From assembly GCF_032062105.1 (NCBI RefSeq), contig NW_026931150.1, positions 186,001-250,000 on the forward strand: a DNA stretch of 64,000 nt, written 5' to 3'. The notes under the pieces are model-generated. The model saw nothing but the letters and a program-made list of their open reading frames with translations, was not told the DNA's origin and searched no databases. Of this stretch, positions 13,801 through 26,161 are shown piece after piece (the stretch's first letter is position 1; the number at the start of each line of letters is the position of its first letter). The DNA is from Saccostrea cucullata. Its lineage: Eukaryota. Position numbers and translations under genes: made by a program.

Positions 13801-16800
13801 AAGTATTTTTTGTTATGAAAGAGATTTTACCTTTTAACATAAAAAGAAATACTGTTTTTCTCTTTCTGTGTATAATTTTGTAAAAGAGAATCCTTTATGC
13901 AAGGGAAGGGCAATAACTCTGACTGGTCAACAGTCTTTAAAAGATTGTTAGCAGATTTTGGACAAAAAACGACAATGATACTTCAATATCAGTACACAAC
14001 ATATATACATGTACAAAGATACACCTACAAAAAACTAGAAGTACTGTGTCAGTTACATGAGCTCTCAAAATGATATCATCATCATATCCCTCCTATCCTA
14101 AAAGTATAGTCCATGTTTTGCTCTTGGAAAGCCCAAATGTGTGTGATTAATCCACAAATAAGGGATGAACAATGTCACTATAAGCAACTATGATTCTGTG
14201 AAACTCTCAAATTTTATGCAGTCATGGTAAAGAAGGAGTTGAGGATAAGGGATGGCATAGCTGTACCAGGGGGTATTTCCAATATTATAGAAAGAATGTA
14301 GTATCCATGTTATACGATGGGAAACCATAAAATGAACCTAATCAATGCATAAAGTAAGAGGTGTACAATGGCAATATGTAATTAAGATTTTCATGAAAGT
14401 TTCATCAATTTTTTTGTCAGTGGTATAAGGGGAATTGTGGATAAGAGATAGGTACCCCAAAACATAAAGGACAGCAGGATGGACACCTCCATCACTATAT
14501 ACCTTCATTTTTAAAGAGGGAAACAATTGATTCATATTAAGTATGGTAATCTAAACCTCATGTATTTAATTCAGAGTAGATATTTTATAAGACTTTTAGG
14601 GATGGACAAACACTGGGATTAAGTACTATATGATCTTACAGAAGCTGTCATGTTAAGAGACTGTCTAGATGATGTCTGACTAGCACTGAGATTCTTAGGC
14701 TGCTCAAGAAATTCAAAATCATTCAATTTGGTAAAAACTTTAAATGTATTTAAAACTTCTCAGTAACACACCCCTTCACAAAACTCAATATCAATGACAT
14801 TGTTTTGAAATGTAAACTACCTGGGTGACAGGTGGGGGTGGGTCCCCTTCAGATTGAGTGGGGGCCTCTTCTTCTGTTGTGGCTACAGTTTCAGTGCCTT
14901 GATCTTGATCCTCCTACAGTGTATGTACATCATACATTCTGATCACATGTATGTATTTCACAATCACATAAATTAAAAATTTTATTTTAATCACCTTATG
15001 CATGTTTAATTAGAAAAATTTTTACAAACATGGATCTATATTAATCTCATACCATAATGCTAATTAATTAACGTCCACAAATGTTTATTTGCCAATCAAA
15101 TATTATCTATCATATGTATCACGTATACTGTAGAATCACAAATTTTCGTGGGCACAAAATTTCGTTGATTTGTCTTTAAAAATAGTTTCGTGGGCATCTA
15201 ATTTCGTTGTTTTGAACGTAACCCTATTCATTACATAGTCATATAAAAATTTCGTGTGGGATTTAATTTCGTTGAAAATTGTTGACAACGAAATAAACGG
15301 AATTTAATCCCCCAATGTTTCTGCTTTTACAGTACCGGTATGTTAATTCAATAGCACACTTTTATTTCATTATCTTGATAACTGACCACTTTTTCTTCCT
15401 TCTTTGCCTGAGCTAGAACTGACTCTAACTCACTAAGCCAGGCATCCCTGGGAAGTTTATATACCTCCAGCCAAACTTCAGCTGTCTCTGGGTCTGAGGA
15501 TAGAGATGATTGATTAAATGGAGATAATAATACCGGTACACTGTATCTACATTTACTTAGATGAGTTTTATATTGGTACAAATTTCTTTCATTGCAGTAG
15601 AATCATATTTCTGTTCATTATTCCATTAAACAATTTCTACCTGTCAATTTTAAGGCCTTACATTCCAAAATTATCAATTTTATAATTGTCAATTTACCAT
15701 GCGGACACTTACTTTCAAACACAGCACCGAGATAGTCACCATTCCTTGAAGCCTCACATTTTGTAATTATCAGCTTTGTTCCACCCTCCTGTTACAAAAA
15801 AATGTACGATAATAAAAAATACATTATGCATATATGTATATCGATCACTCTGCTTTTCTTATTTTAGATGTTATGTCATTTTGTATTAAAAACAGAAATA
15901 ATGTGCATATAAACATTTTTTAAAAAGTGAAATAAGAAAGGTGTAAATAATATAAAATTGAAGAAAAAAATCCATGACTGTCTGAATTTAAGCTTCTGGA
16001 TTTATCAAAGCCTGTCTACAATTGCAAAAAGCAGAAAAATGCTATTGCAAATAAAAGGAATAAGCAGAAGTTCTTTCTAGCACAAGGTTTCGAACACCAA
16101 AACAAATGTTTTTTTCTTTTTCTGAGTACAACAAAAATGTTTATTGCAACATAACTATAAAAAGGACAAGAATCCTTCATGGCTTTTTTTATTTAAGCAT
16201 TATGTATATAGATTCTCCTCATTGTGATATTTTTTTTAGATATAACCTTGGAAGGCTTCATGCATATATACTATAGATTTTCTTGTCTCGATCTGTTAGG
16301 TATTAATTTTACACAAAGCAAGCAGTCACAACTTTTAAAGGGAAATTTGTCATACTTAAACCTTGAGAAAATATTATATCATTTTAGCATTTGTTGAAAT
16401 ATTCGCTTTTTTTGATTCATGAATTTAACCAAAATTGTTATTCTGCATAATTATGGTCATGTTGGTAAAAAGTGTGTTTACAGTTTGTAATTATTTATAT
16501 AAACATATATTTCTGGAAAAAAATGTTTAATACAGACTTTTGATTATATATTATTACAATATGAAAAAATTTAAACTTCAGAAGAATTTCCTTCAATACC
16601 AAATTAAAATATTTACTAAATATACATTAAATTTAATTTTTTTTAATTGTTGGAAATATGTTTGTAAGATTATATACTAGTAAATAATTTCTTCACATCA
16701 AACTTGCAGATCTATCTAGCTTCCTCGTTATACACACAGTACTCACTGCATGAGCAGGGTTAGAGAAAATAGGCCTATGTGCCCCGCCTCTACCTCTCTG

Positions 16801-17536
16801 TCAATATCAATCAATGAATGCCAAAATGTTAGAGTTAGTGCTTAAAGGTCAGCTGAGCTTGTTGCTCTATACAGTCAGTTCACTACTATGAGTGCAATCA
16901 TTAACCTCTATCTAAATCTACAGTAAACTAAAACATGCACTACACACAAAGCCCCCAGATCAGAGCAATATATGTACTACACATGCACTTAATTACACAG
17001 TATACATGTAACCAAAGATCATAGTAAAACATGTTCTTCACATGCATTTTTTTCCATTGTCAACTGCATTGTACGTCATAGGTACAATAACTCTTATTGG
17101 GTGTTTCTTATAATCTTAAGTAAATCAGTTACATTTTTTAACTTTTACAGCATGAAATTTCCCACGATAAAACATTGTAGTTTTCTAGTGTTCTATCAAA
17201 AGAATTATGATATTAAAATAATTCTGTTTATAATATAACCTTTTTAAAACACTGCAACTTAACACAGTTATTCACTGCACATTTTACATCATGTCATGTT
17301 AAAAGCTAAAACTGATATGAAAACTAAGTTGCTTTCTGCCATATCTTAAATTAGTCATAATATTTTTATTCAAGCCTAATTTCCTCCTTTCAGCTCTTTT
17401 GTTAAGCAAATCGTTTTATCTTCATTGTTGATTAGCAAGTTTTGAGTCACAGACATTGCTGGATACCTGTAATTCACCTCCAAAATCATCTGACTATAAG
17501 AGTGGGTAGAAATTGTAAACATTTGTACAGATACAA

Positions 17537-17607
<71 letters not shown>

Positions 17608-19278
17608 AAGAATGAAAAAATATATAAACATACATGTATATTAAGTTAAATAACAATTATATCTTTGCATTCAAGGACTTCATTTACAAAGAAACAAGTT
17701 TTGTATAATAATGATGCACTTTAAATATGAGATACGGCTGTAATATTAAACGATTGATAAATGTCATACACTCCTCATTCTACCTCAAAATTTAAATGAA
17801 ATTTTTTTTTACCTGAAACTCATTCAAAATCTTCACAAAATAAAACTTGTCACCCCCAAATATGAACAATCGTGCAAAACCTGAAATCAAAATAAAATGC
17901 CTCAGCATGTACTTTTTCACAAATATTGTTAATACTTAATCTGTTCATGAAATCAATGTTCATGGCTATAAATTCAAATGTGGCATCAATATGAATATTG
18001 AGGTGAATCCAATAATTTTTTTTTAATTTATGTATTTCAATATCTTAGTTTTAACTGCTTGTAATAAATGTGGTGATTTATGATTTATTCATAAGATATG
18101 TATTGAAAATGACACAGTTATTGACCTAAAATCAATACACTGGGGTTCAGCATTAATGACTTGTATACATCATAAATACCCATATCATCAATGGTGGTCA
18201 CTAGATACACCTGAACTCCAATCAAATAAGCCTTCACATAGTGTATATCAACACTTTCTTCCTCCCAAGTGGCCACTCTTTCTTGGGTCAATGAATCCAC
18301 AGCTGCCAATCCTCTGGGAAGTCCAATAAAAATGTATCGTCCATCTACACTGTCACATATACAGCAGGCCCTTCCATGACTCTATGAAGGTATAAAAGCA
18401 ACTGATTAACCGTTTTTAAGATTTTTCTGCAATCAAACATTCATTTCTGTTTAACAGTTTATATACATGTACATGTACACTATTGCTGAACCATTCCTAC
18501 AACCAATTTCGATACAAAAAAATAATATGTTAATGGTGCGAACGTCACATGACGTCGTATGTAAGTTGCAATACCAAGAAAAAACCTAAACAGTGCTGAA
18601 AGTTAATGAAAAACGTTTCTTTTATAATTTATCTTCAATATGTGTCCATTAAATCAAGGCGAGTAAACTTTTTGTTGAAATTTCGCCGTTATTCTCGCGA
18701 GAACGTAGCTAAAACAAGTGATGCATTGTGGGTCCAAATTACTGCATCAAAAAATTCTACTGAATGAATGTGCAGTAGTCCGAATTTTCTCTTCGCACAG
18801 GCGTTGCTTTAAGAGCTCGCAGTGACGAGCGTCGCTTCGCGACGCTCGCTGCGCTCGCTATTAATACATGAAGACTTTTTTTTAAGTACTGATAAATTAA
18901 TGCACAGATATTTATTATTACATTTCTTAAATTTATTTTGTTTTACATTAAATTCACTACATTTTTAATTCAAAAACCGTCAAATCAACCAAGTAGCTGT
19001 ATTGGATAACATTTAGGCACCTTCATTTGATTTGAACACTGATACTGTGGTGCGCGGATCCTACGGCTCTCCTCCAAGCGCTCATTTTCACGTTTCTCTA
19101 TGATTTCCCATACTTCATCATACCACTGCGAAAGAACCTTGTCTATCATACGATACGGTTGTGGAAGTCTATCAACCAACTGATCGGGGTCTGTGATATA
19201 GTCCTCGTCATCCTCCAAAGGGAACTTGTCGATTGATGGTGGGGTAAAATTAACGTTCTTTCTAATGTAAACAGGCAT
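4897..19278 (-). CDS. WDR93: WD repeat-containing protein 93 (~711 aa)
   Basis: N-terminal motif DEDYITDPDQLVDRLPQPYRMIDKVLSQWYDEVWEIIE recognised as WDR93. Phase-consistent exons: 19278-19021, 18381-18180, 17880-17813, 15788-15713, 15493-15387, 14913-14821, 13526-13436, 10920-10740, 10531-10461, 9478-9401, 9107-8976, 8753-8540, 8345-8285, 8079-7923, 7594-7411 (GC donor), 7267-7141 and a tentative last exon 4932-4897 (TGRRNYNYRRQ*). Alternatively the previous exon reads through to TAA at 7102. Confidence 0.9.
11679..12406 (+). mobile_element. Non-autonomous Helentron/Helitron-like element, interrupted by a SINE
   Basis: Begins AACAAGAGGCCTATAGGCTCACCTGAG, similar to the element at 35236, and shares the CCCCTTCACCCA.AGAT segment with it. 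Degenerate 3' end. Confidence 0.6.
11913..12167 (+). mobile_element. SINE copy (3'-truncated) in a WDR93 intron
   Basis: Colinear with 3211-3476; intact B-box GGTTCGAATCCC. Confidence 0.9.
12771..12953. mobile_element. Tc1/mariner-type MITE
   Basis: TA|CTGTAAACCAACT...AGTTGGTTTATAG|TA terminal inverted repeats with TA flanks. Confidence 0.6.
15128..15332. mobile_element. Tc1/mariner-type MITE
   Basis: TA|CTGTAGAA...TTTTACAG|TA termini; internal repeats of AATTTCGTGG/AATTTCGTTG. Confidence 0.6.
17540..17601. repeat. (TC)n microsatellite
   Basis: About 31 perfect TC units in a WDR93 intron. Confidence 0.98.
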
Positions 19279-19715
19279 CTCTAAAATGTGATGATGTGCA
19301 AAATATCTTGTTTAATCACGCTTTTGGTTCGCTTATTCAGTTCATTGCAGCATGCAGTCAAATTTCACTCGTTTCTAAGCCACAACAATCTACCGGAAAC
19401 GAAAACAAAGTTTTAAAATAAATGGCACTACGAACACGAAGATAATTTTCAAAAACATTTTTACTTTTTAGTGATAAGATTTATATCTCATATTTTTTTC
19501 AAAGTTACATTTCTATTTATTGATTTAAATTATATATTAACTCCATTCCAGTAATGATAATTTATTTAAAAGAAAAAAAAACCTTGTATTTGTGAGAAAT
19601 CTTATCGGGATTGTTATAAATGAAACACGACACAGATTCTGAACTTTGATCTCAGTCCAAATAATGATTTGACGTTTGTTTGGGTAGTTTTAGATGATAG
19701 TGCATACATAGAAGC
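19279..19715. promoter_or_regulatory. Putative bidirectional promoter and 5'UTRs shared by WDR93 and PEX11
   Basis: Only 437 bp between the divergent ATGs. X-box-like GTTTCTAAGCCAC (19371) and ETS-like ACCGGAAAC (19392) lie on the WDR93 side. Confidence 0.65.
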
Positions 19716-22700
19716 ATGAGTAGTGATATTGTAACAGGAATAATTAAATTTGGAGGCTTGACAAATGGCAGAGACAAATTTTTCAGGTAATAAGCATAAA
19801 AACTACGTTACATGACTAATCCGAATTTTCTCTATATCTTAAACTTCCTATTCAAATATATGTGATTGTTTAATTATTTTATCATACGTAGAGATCCAAG
19901 TTATTCTGAATAAATTAACTATTTCAATACAGAAGACCAAGAAAAGCCATATTTTCAGTCGAATAACCTTGATAATTATTAATTAAACTGTATTAGACAA
20001 TAATTGCCCTCTCATTTAAAACCACAGTCACCTGTTTCAGTAATAAATTTTGAACCCATTATTCCATATCATAAATAAGTAATTTAATTCTGGTTGTAAC
20101 GATGTATTTGATTGGATAAAAAATTATTTTATATCATATAAAATGGGTTGCCTACGTCACAATGACTTGCGTCAAAAACGTATCAATTCGCCTGACATTA
20201 CATTCAAATTTTGTACAAATTGAAGTCATTTTCTTAGAACAGTCATCTTTATTTCTTACATCAAATGAATGAAAATTGAATTATAAGAAATGAATTTAAT
20301 AGCAACCCATTTTATACGGTATAAACTTGGTTGAAACGGTTTTCGCTTTTTTATAAACCGCTTCGCGATTTGTAAAGCGTGAACTGCCCCAACCCAGTTT
20401 ATACCGTATAAAATGGGTAGCTATTAAATTCATTCTTTAAATAACACAAGGTCTCTATTAAACTCTGAATTACATGGAGTACCCCCTACCCAGAATCACA
20501 CTCATTTACACTTTCAGAGGAAACGTAGGAATGTGGAGGTCAGCCAAGTTTGATCGTTAGTGGCCAGAGAGCTCAGTTAGTAGAGCATCTGACTGGAGAT
20601 TTAAGGGGCCCGGGTTTGAATCCCTGTCTTGTCCGCTGCATTTTTCTCCTCTCCCTTTGTGATATTTACTTTTATTTCCATAAAAAGTTTCAAAATTCTT
20701 CTCGCCGGGTGGAAAGTCGATTCACTCTTTGAAATGGTATGTGATAATCTAGAGGCAGAAAACCCCAAAAAAATGAGTTGGTTTAAAAAATTTTCTGATG
20801 TAATTTTAGAAACAGATTTTTAGTTAATCAGAATCTCTGCCCAAGATATTATATAAAAATAGAACTATACATTTTTATCCCAAAATTTTGCTCTGATGAT
20901 ATACAACAGCTTCCTCTGGGTAGCTTTCTATGCTCTGGTATACATAAATTCTTTTTAATATAATTGTCTGTCTGGTGCATATGAACAGAATTTAAATTAA
21001 TTGAGAGGGATAAGATTTTAAAAAGAAAGCTTATTAATCTAATTAAAAGAACATTATTTATTGTGCATCTAATTAGTTTACATTTAGTCAGATGTAAGTA
21101 CAGTGCGATTTGAAATCTTTTACAGGTAATGAAACACGATTTTCCTTTAAAATTCTCTTATCACCAGGTGAAAGGACGACCTCAGTGTCCCGTAATTTTA
21201 TGTATATCTCTAGTTAGTGACCTCTGTCACAGAATATTCTAGATAGTGACACAAAGTGTACAAGTGTTCTGAGTATCGTTAAGTTTACATAAATATTTAT
21301 ATACCTAGCAATTAGATTGGGAAATAATAAATTTAAGACATTCTGACATGAAATACTTTGCATGCAAACTTTATTTACTCTTGTATATAATCCTTGGTTC
21401 TATCAAAATCTGGCACATAATTAACTTCTGAAACAAAATAATCAGATAATCAGAAGAAAAATGTGATCATAAACTTTAACATTCTAGAATTTGCAAGTGT
21501 GAAAAAATGTTTTTTATAAAAAAAAAAAAAATTAAAAAAAAAAAAAAACATTCATTAAACAATGTCAATGAATAACTTGAAATGAGAAATGCTAAAGGCT
21601 TTTTTGTTGGACGTAGGTGGCCAGAAAATTCAGTTGGTTGAGGTTCTCTTAGGGAGGGGGGACCTAGATCTCTTAAGAGGTTGAAGGGGGGGGGGTGTGA
21701 AAACCTAGAGGGTCTCCTTAGAGGTTGGGTGGGGAGAGGTCTAGAGGGATGGGGAGTGGGCAGGTTGAAAACCTAGTGGATCTCTTAAAGGTATCGATAA
21801 AGGTGGGAGGGTGGGTGAAAACCTAGAAGATCTCTTTCGAGGTCAGGAGGGCCAGGTTGAAAACCTGGTCTGGCTTGTGACATGTTCTTCCTTCCTGTTA
21901 CAGAATTATATGACATTACCAAAGAAGAAACATGTACAATACTATATACTTCTGTACTGACCTACAATTAAATTTTTATTCACTACATTATTGTTTTTAT
22001 TCGAATTTTAATAGATTGGTTCAGTACTCTGTTAAGCTGATTTGGTGGAATCTAAAAAACAAAGAAGATGTGGTGGAAAGACTTAAGAAGATTGAGTCAT
22101 CGATGAGCATGACTCGTAAATGTAAGCATTGAATTGAAATGGCATTGAGCATGTCTCGTAAATGTAAGCATTGAATAATAAATGAGCTAGACTAGTAAAT
22201 GCAAGCATTGAATAATCAATGAATATGACTTGAAAATATAAGCATTGAATCATCCACCTTACATTGAATCATCAACAAGCATAACTTGTAAATGAAATAC
22301 ATGTATATGGAGATAACAAACAGTAGTAAGCATTGAATCATCAATGAGCATGGCTCATAAAAGTACTAAGCATGTTTAGCAAGTTAAACTTATTTATTAT
22401 TTCCAAAGTTTGTCTTTCTTATCTTTCTTATGAAAAAAAGATATGTCTTGAATGTCTGTGTGATACAGTAATATACTTACAGTATTCTTTTGTATTAAAA
22501 AAGAAAAAATCTGGAAAATGGTAACTTCATTGTATTAAACTGATGTAAACTTATTTTTAATTTTTTTCAGTGCTGCGATTGGGAAAGAGTCTGGATTTCA
22601 TTCAGGCGGCACTGAAATCCCTTCACATCAGTGATGATGTCATTCGATGGACAGTGACCCTGTCTAAAATTAGTCAGTCCATTTTCCTGTTCTTTGATCA

Positions 22701-23127
22701 TATCATATATTTCCATAACCTTGGTGTGATCAAAACAGACAAGGCCAAATGGTCCAAAGTTTCTGCTGAGTTTTGGTTCTTTAGTCTTGTTTTGAATCTA
22801 ACTCGTAATTTTTATGACATTGCAAATATAGCTAAATTAGAAATGAGCAAGAAAGAGAAAAAGGAAAATGAAATTCAGTATAGCAATGGAGATATGTCCA
22901 GCAGAAAAAGCCAAAGTCCCGGTGCTTTGTCCGTCGTCCAGAGATGTGTTTGTGACAATAAACCTGTATTTTTGGACCTGGTGAAGAATGCCTCAGACCT
23001 TATACTGCCATTAAATACACTGGGAAAAGTTGATGCCAGTGCTGGTGTTCAAGGCTTTCTAGGAATTATTTCTTCAGCCATTGGTGTTGCTACAGTCTGG
23101 AACCCTAACCTGAAACTTGTGCCTTGA
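19716..23127 (+). CDS. PEX11: Peroxisomal membrane protein PEX11 (alpha/beta type), 244 aa; exons 19716-19786, 22015-22121, 22571-23127
   Basis: MSSDIVTGIIKFGGLTNGRDKFFR|LVQYSVKL...LKKIESSMSMTRK|LLRLGKSLD...FFDHI...LDLVKNASDLILPL...GFLGIISS...WNPNLKLVP. These are PEX11 family motifs, and the GT-AG introns have matching phases (2, 1). Confidence 0.93.
20075..20440. mobile_element. Palindromic (fold-back) non-autonomous repeat in PEX11 intron 1
   Basis: Inverted arms GAATTTAATAGCAACCCATTTTATACGGTATAAAC (~20292-20326) and GTTTATACCGTATAAAATGGGTAGCTATTAAATTC (~20397-20431), centred on CCGCTTCGCG. Confidence 0.6.
20562..20635 (+). repeat. tRNA-derived short repeat / tRNA pseudogene
   Basis: GGCCAGAGAGCTCAGTTAGTAGAGCATCTGACTGGAGATTTAAGGGGCCCGGGTTTGAATCCCTGTCTTGTCC has A- and B-box-like motifs but mispaired stems. 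Confidence 0.65.
21635..21868 (+). repeat. G-rich degenerate minisatellite (about 6 units of 25-42 bp)
   Basis: Recurrent GGG..GTGAAAACCTAGAGGGTCTCTTAAGAGGT units in PEX11 intron 1. Confidence 0.75.
22091..22373 (+). repeat. Degenerate ~35-43-bp tandem repeat whose first unit is the PEX11 exon 2 / intron 2 junction
   Basis: Unit ATTGAATCATCAATGAGCATGACTCGTAAATGTAAGC, about 6 progressively decayed copies. Confidence 0.85.
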
Positions 23128-23172
23128 TATAACCCTAACAGTACATGTACTTCAATATTCAGATATATCTAT

Positions 23173-23911
23173 ACAGCTCATACGCAAGTAAGTTAAGGCT
23201 ACGTATGGAGTTTTTTATGCAAAATTATTAATTAAGACCTATAATTGCTCTACATACCGCAAAGAAAATGTTAAGTCTTGTTTTCTAATACATTCTTGGT
23301 ACCCACAATAAGCGATTACCAGTACACATTATGACGTGCATAATATAGCTAAATTACACAAGTTTATAAGAAAATCAACAAAATCGCCTTGGCGCAAGGG
23401 CATACCTTACTTTATTTTACAGAAGCAAGGTATAAAGAAAAGCAGAATATTCCAAAGATTTAAGATATTGCTGCACAAATGTCGACACTGCAATTGTTTA
23501 GTTACTATTCGTACAGTTTTAAGTTGAAACAGGGTAAAAATGTACAGTCCAATGTAAGTTTAGTAAAATTTTTATCGATTGAAGAAGAAGATAGGATTTG
23601 TGCAGCAATTTTATTAATTTTAAGAATATTCTCTTCAATATTTTACTTTATTTATTTTAAATTAAATATGATATGCCCTTGCGCCGACGTTGTTTTGTTA
23701 ATGTGTTTTATATCCTTGAATGGGAGAGAACTATGACGTCATAATATGACGTCATAATGTGCACTTGCAATAATATACGGAAGGTACTAAGAATGTATAA
23801 GAAAATCAATTTGAACTTTCTCTGTATATAAAATATACAATTTATGCATTTTTATTAGCTCATTTACATAATAAAAACCATATTAGCCTTAACTCACTTG
23901 CGTATTTCTGT
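23173..23911. mobile_element. Fold-back DNA element immediately 3' of the PEX11 stop codon
   Basis: Terminal arms ATACGCAAGTAAGTTAAGGCTA / TAGCCTTAACTCACTTGCGTAT plus nested inverted pairs (TACATTCTTGGTACC/GGTACTAAGAATGTA; CACATTATGACGT/ACGTCATAATGTG; GGCGCAAGGGCATA/TATGCCCTTGCGCC; CTGCACAAAT/ATTTGTGCAG). Confidence 0.8.
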
Positions 23912-24816
23912 TGCTCATATGTAAAATTGTATTACATGTATAAAAAAAAATTTTTAAGTGATAAAAGTACAAATATCCTTATAATGCTTTGCCTAATGTC
24001 AGTCTATTTGAACAAAAGAGAAAGTTTTTTTTTTATTCTGTGTATATTTATGTACTTATTTTTTGGAATTTGATTACATGTACAATCATATACAATCAAA
24101 TGATGCTTAATTACAATAAAATATATCTTCAAATCTTTTTTATGAACCATTTAGATTTGTGCATCCCCAATTTTTCTTGGTTTTTAGCATTGTAAATGCA
24201 CTTTATTTAATATGCATAGGGATTTTAAGAAATCTTCCATTAAGACTTATTGTTGACTATCTTGTTCAGACAATATCACATTGTTTATATGAACTGTTAT
24301 TTATATACCAGTGAACATAGTTTCTCTTATCCTTATTGATTTTACATTGACTTCGGAGTATGATTTTTTATACAAATAAATAGGTCTATTTTGTTTGATT
24401 ACTTTTTTTATTTTATTGAATTTGTTCATCATATATCTTTTTTTAATTTATTGAATTTGTTCATCACATGCTTTTACATTTAAAAGCTACAAGTTATTGA
24501 ATTTTGTAATCAATTATATTACCGGTAATTGCCAAACATTAAAATTTTATGCAATTTTCTCTCAATATTTGTTGTAGATGATAAATTTTCAGTTGTGACA
24601 CTGAGTATGTAATATACAGAGTACCTTGTAATGAGTGTGTCTTCAGATATCAGACAACACCGGAACAATGATACAAATCTTACATATGCTTTCATGTTAG
24701 CTTCTATATTTGATCATATAAAACTGTCAGATTGAAATATCAAGAATTTAATTTGAAAATTACATGCAAAAATTGATTCATTTTCTCCAAATTCATGTAG
24801 TTTATTAAGGATTTAA

Positions 24817-25307
24817 GGTATACGACCCATATTAGGACCAAAGTTTCTAACCTTAAATATCAATTGTTTGTAAAATATCCTAATATTATTTAAAAGCATT
24901 TTAGAGTAGAAAGGGATTTACCAAGAGAAATTTTCAAAAATTTTATTGCCTAAGCCGAAATTAATTATTGAAGATTGCATTGAAGTCTATGGAAGGAAGT
25001 AAGTTTTTTATGATAAAAAATAAATACTTCAAATATCAAAAAAATGTTGTGGTGGAAAGATGTGTTTGATCATTGGGAACAGAAAAACAATTAGAAAGAA
25101 ATTTTTTTAAAAATTAATTTTATTGAATAAAATTAAAGGGGAATAACTCGTCAAGGGCAGGAAAAGGTCATAAATTAGGACATGTCCCACTCTTACATTC
25201 TGATACTAAAAGATGAAAAATAGTTCTAACTGCACTGATTAATCAGCCCATACATATCTATTATGCATTCAGTTCCATTGAGTCTGGGGCTAATATGGAT
25301 CGATACC
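24817..25307. mobile_element. MITE with TTAA target duplication (Kolobok/piggyBac type)
   Basis: TTAA|GGTATACGACCCATATTAG...CTAATATGGATCGATACC|TTAA. Confidence 0.75.
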
Positions 25308-25714
25308 TTAAGATACATAAAAGGTGATTTCTATTCTTTTGACTCATGTCATTTAAAAAAAAAATAAATTGACCCTGGTATGAAATTCTTTTAAAACAAT
25401 TTACCATTTACCCTTTATGTTTGTAATGTAAAGTATGATAATGGAGTGACTGGTTCTTTATCCTGTGAAGAAACACCACCAAGAACTAAATCTTAAATCA
25501 TAAACTTGACTTAGGACCATGAAATTAATAATCGGTATTTTTTTTGTTGAACTTCAATACTATTTCTGATGTGTTGTATTGATGTATTTTAAAATTATTT
25601 CTGAAACTGGAAGGAGATAATGGAAGAAATGTGGTAAAGTTTCACAAGTAAGACCTTGTTCCTAGATTCTGAAACTCTTTACACTCCTCATTTTTAGCTC
25701 AAGTGATCAAAGAC

Positions 25715-25939
25715 CAGGGGCCCGTTTTACAAAAGAACTTAAGACTAAGACCAAAATTTAATTTCGCTCATAGCTTTCTATTTTACATAGATTTGGAAAT
25801 AGTTTTTATCTTCTGAAAAAAATTTTGTAAGATATATTTATTCCCATAAATTCAAAGAAAATCATTAATTTAACAAAATTTTTCAATCCACTCAAGGTTT
25901 GGGTCTTAGTCGTAAGTTCTTATGTAAAACGGGTCCCAG
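25715..25939. mobile_element. MITE with ~40-bp TIRs
   Basis: CAGGGGCCCGTTTTACAAAAGAACTTAAGACTAAGACC versus the reverse complement of GGTCTTAGTCGTAAGTTCTTATGTAAAACGGGTCCCAG. Confidence 0.8.
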
Positions 25940-26161
25940 AGCTTGTGTATTATAAATTAGAAAGGTGTTTATTGTTCATGCGTATTTCTGTTTCAACTAA
26001 AATGCCAATGCCTTTTACACTTTAGGTATGGATTTGTAACATCTGTTTTATAAAGTACAATAAGATGCATTGTTCTGTGTACCGTTTTCCATTTTGACAA
26101 GTAATGTTGCCAAATGGTAACCAAAAAATTGAAATTGAAGATTTTTCAAATGCTACCCCTA

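Noticed and set aside
17376-17603. ORF beginning MRERERE...
   Set aside because: Translation of the (TC)n microsatellite.
20562-20635. Functional tRNA gene
   Set aside because: Anticodon and acceptor stems are mispaired and the T-loop is altered (GTTTGAA); better explained as a tRNA-derived repeat.
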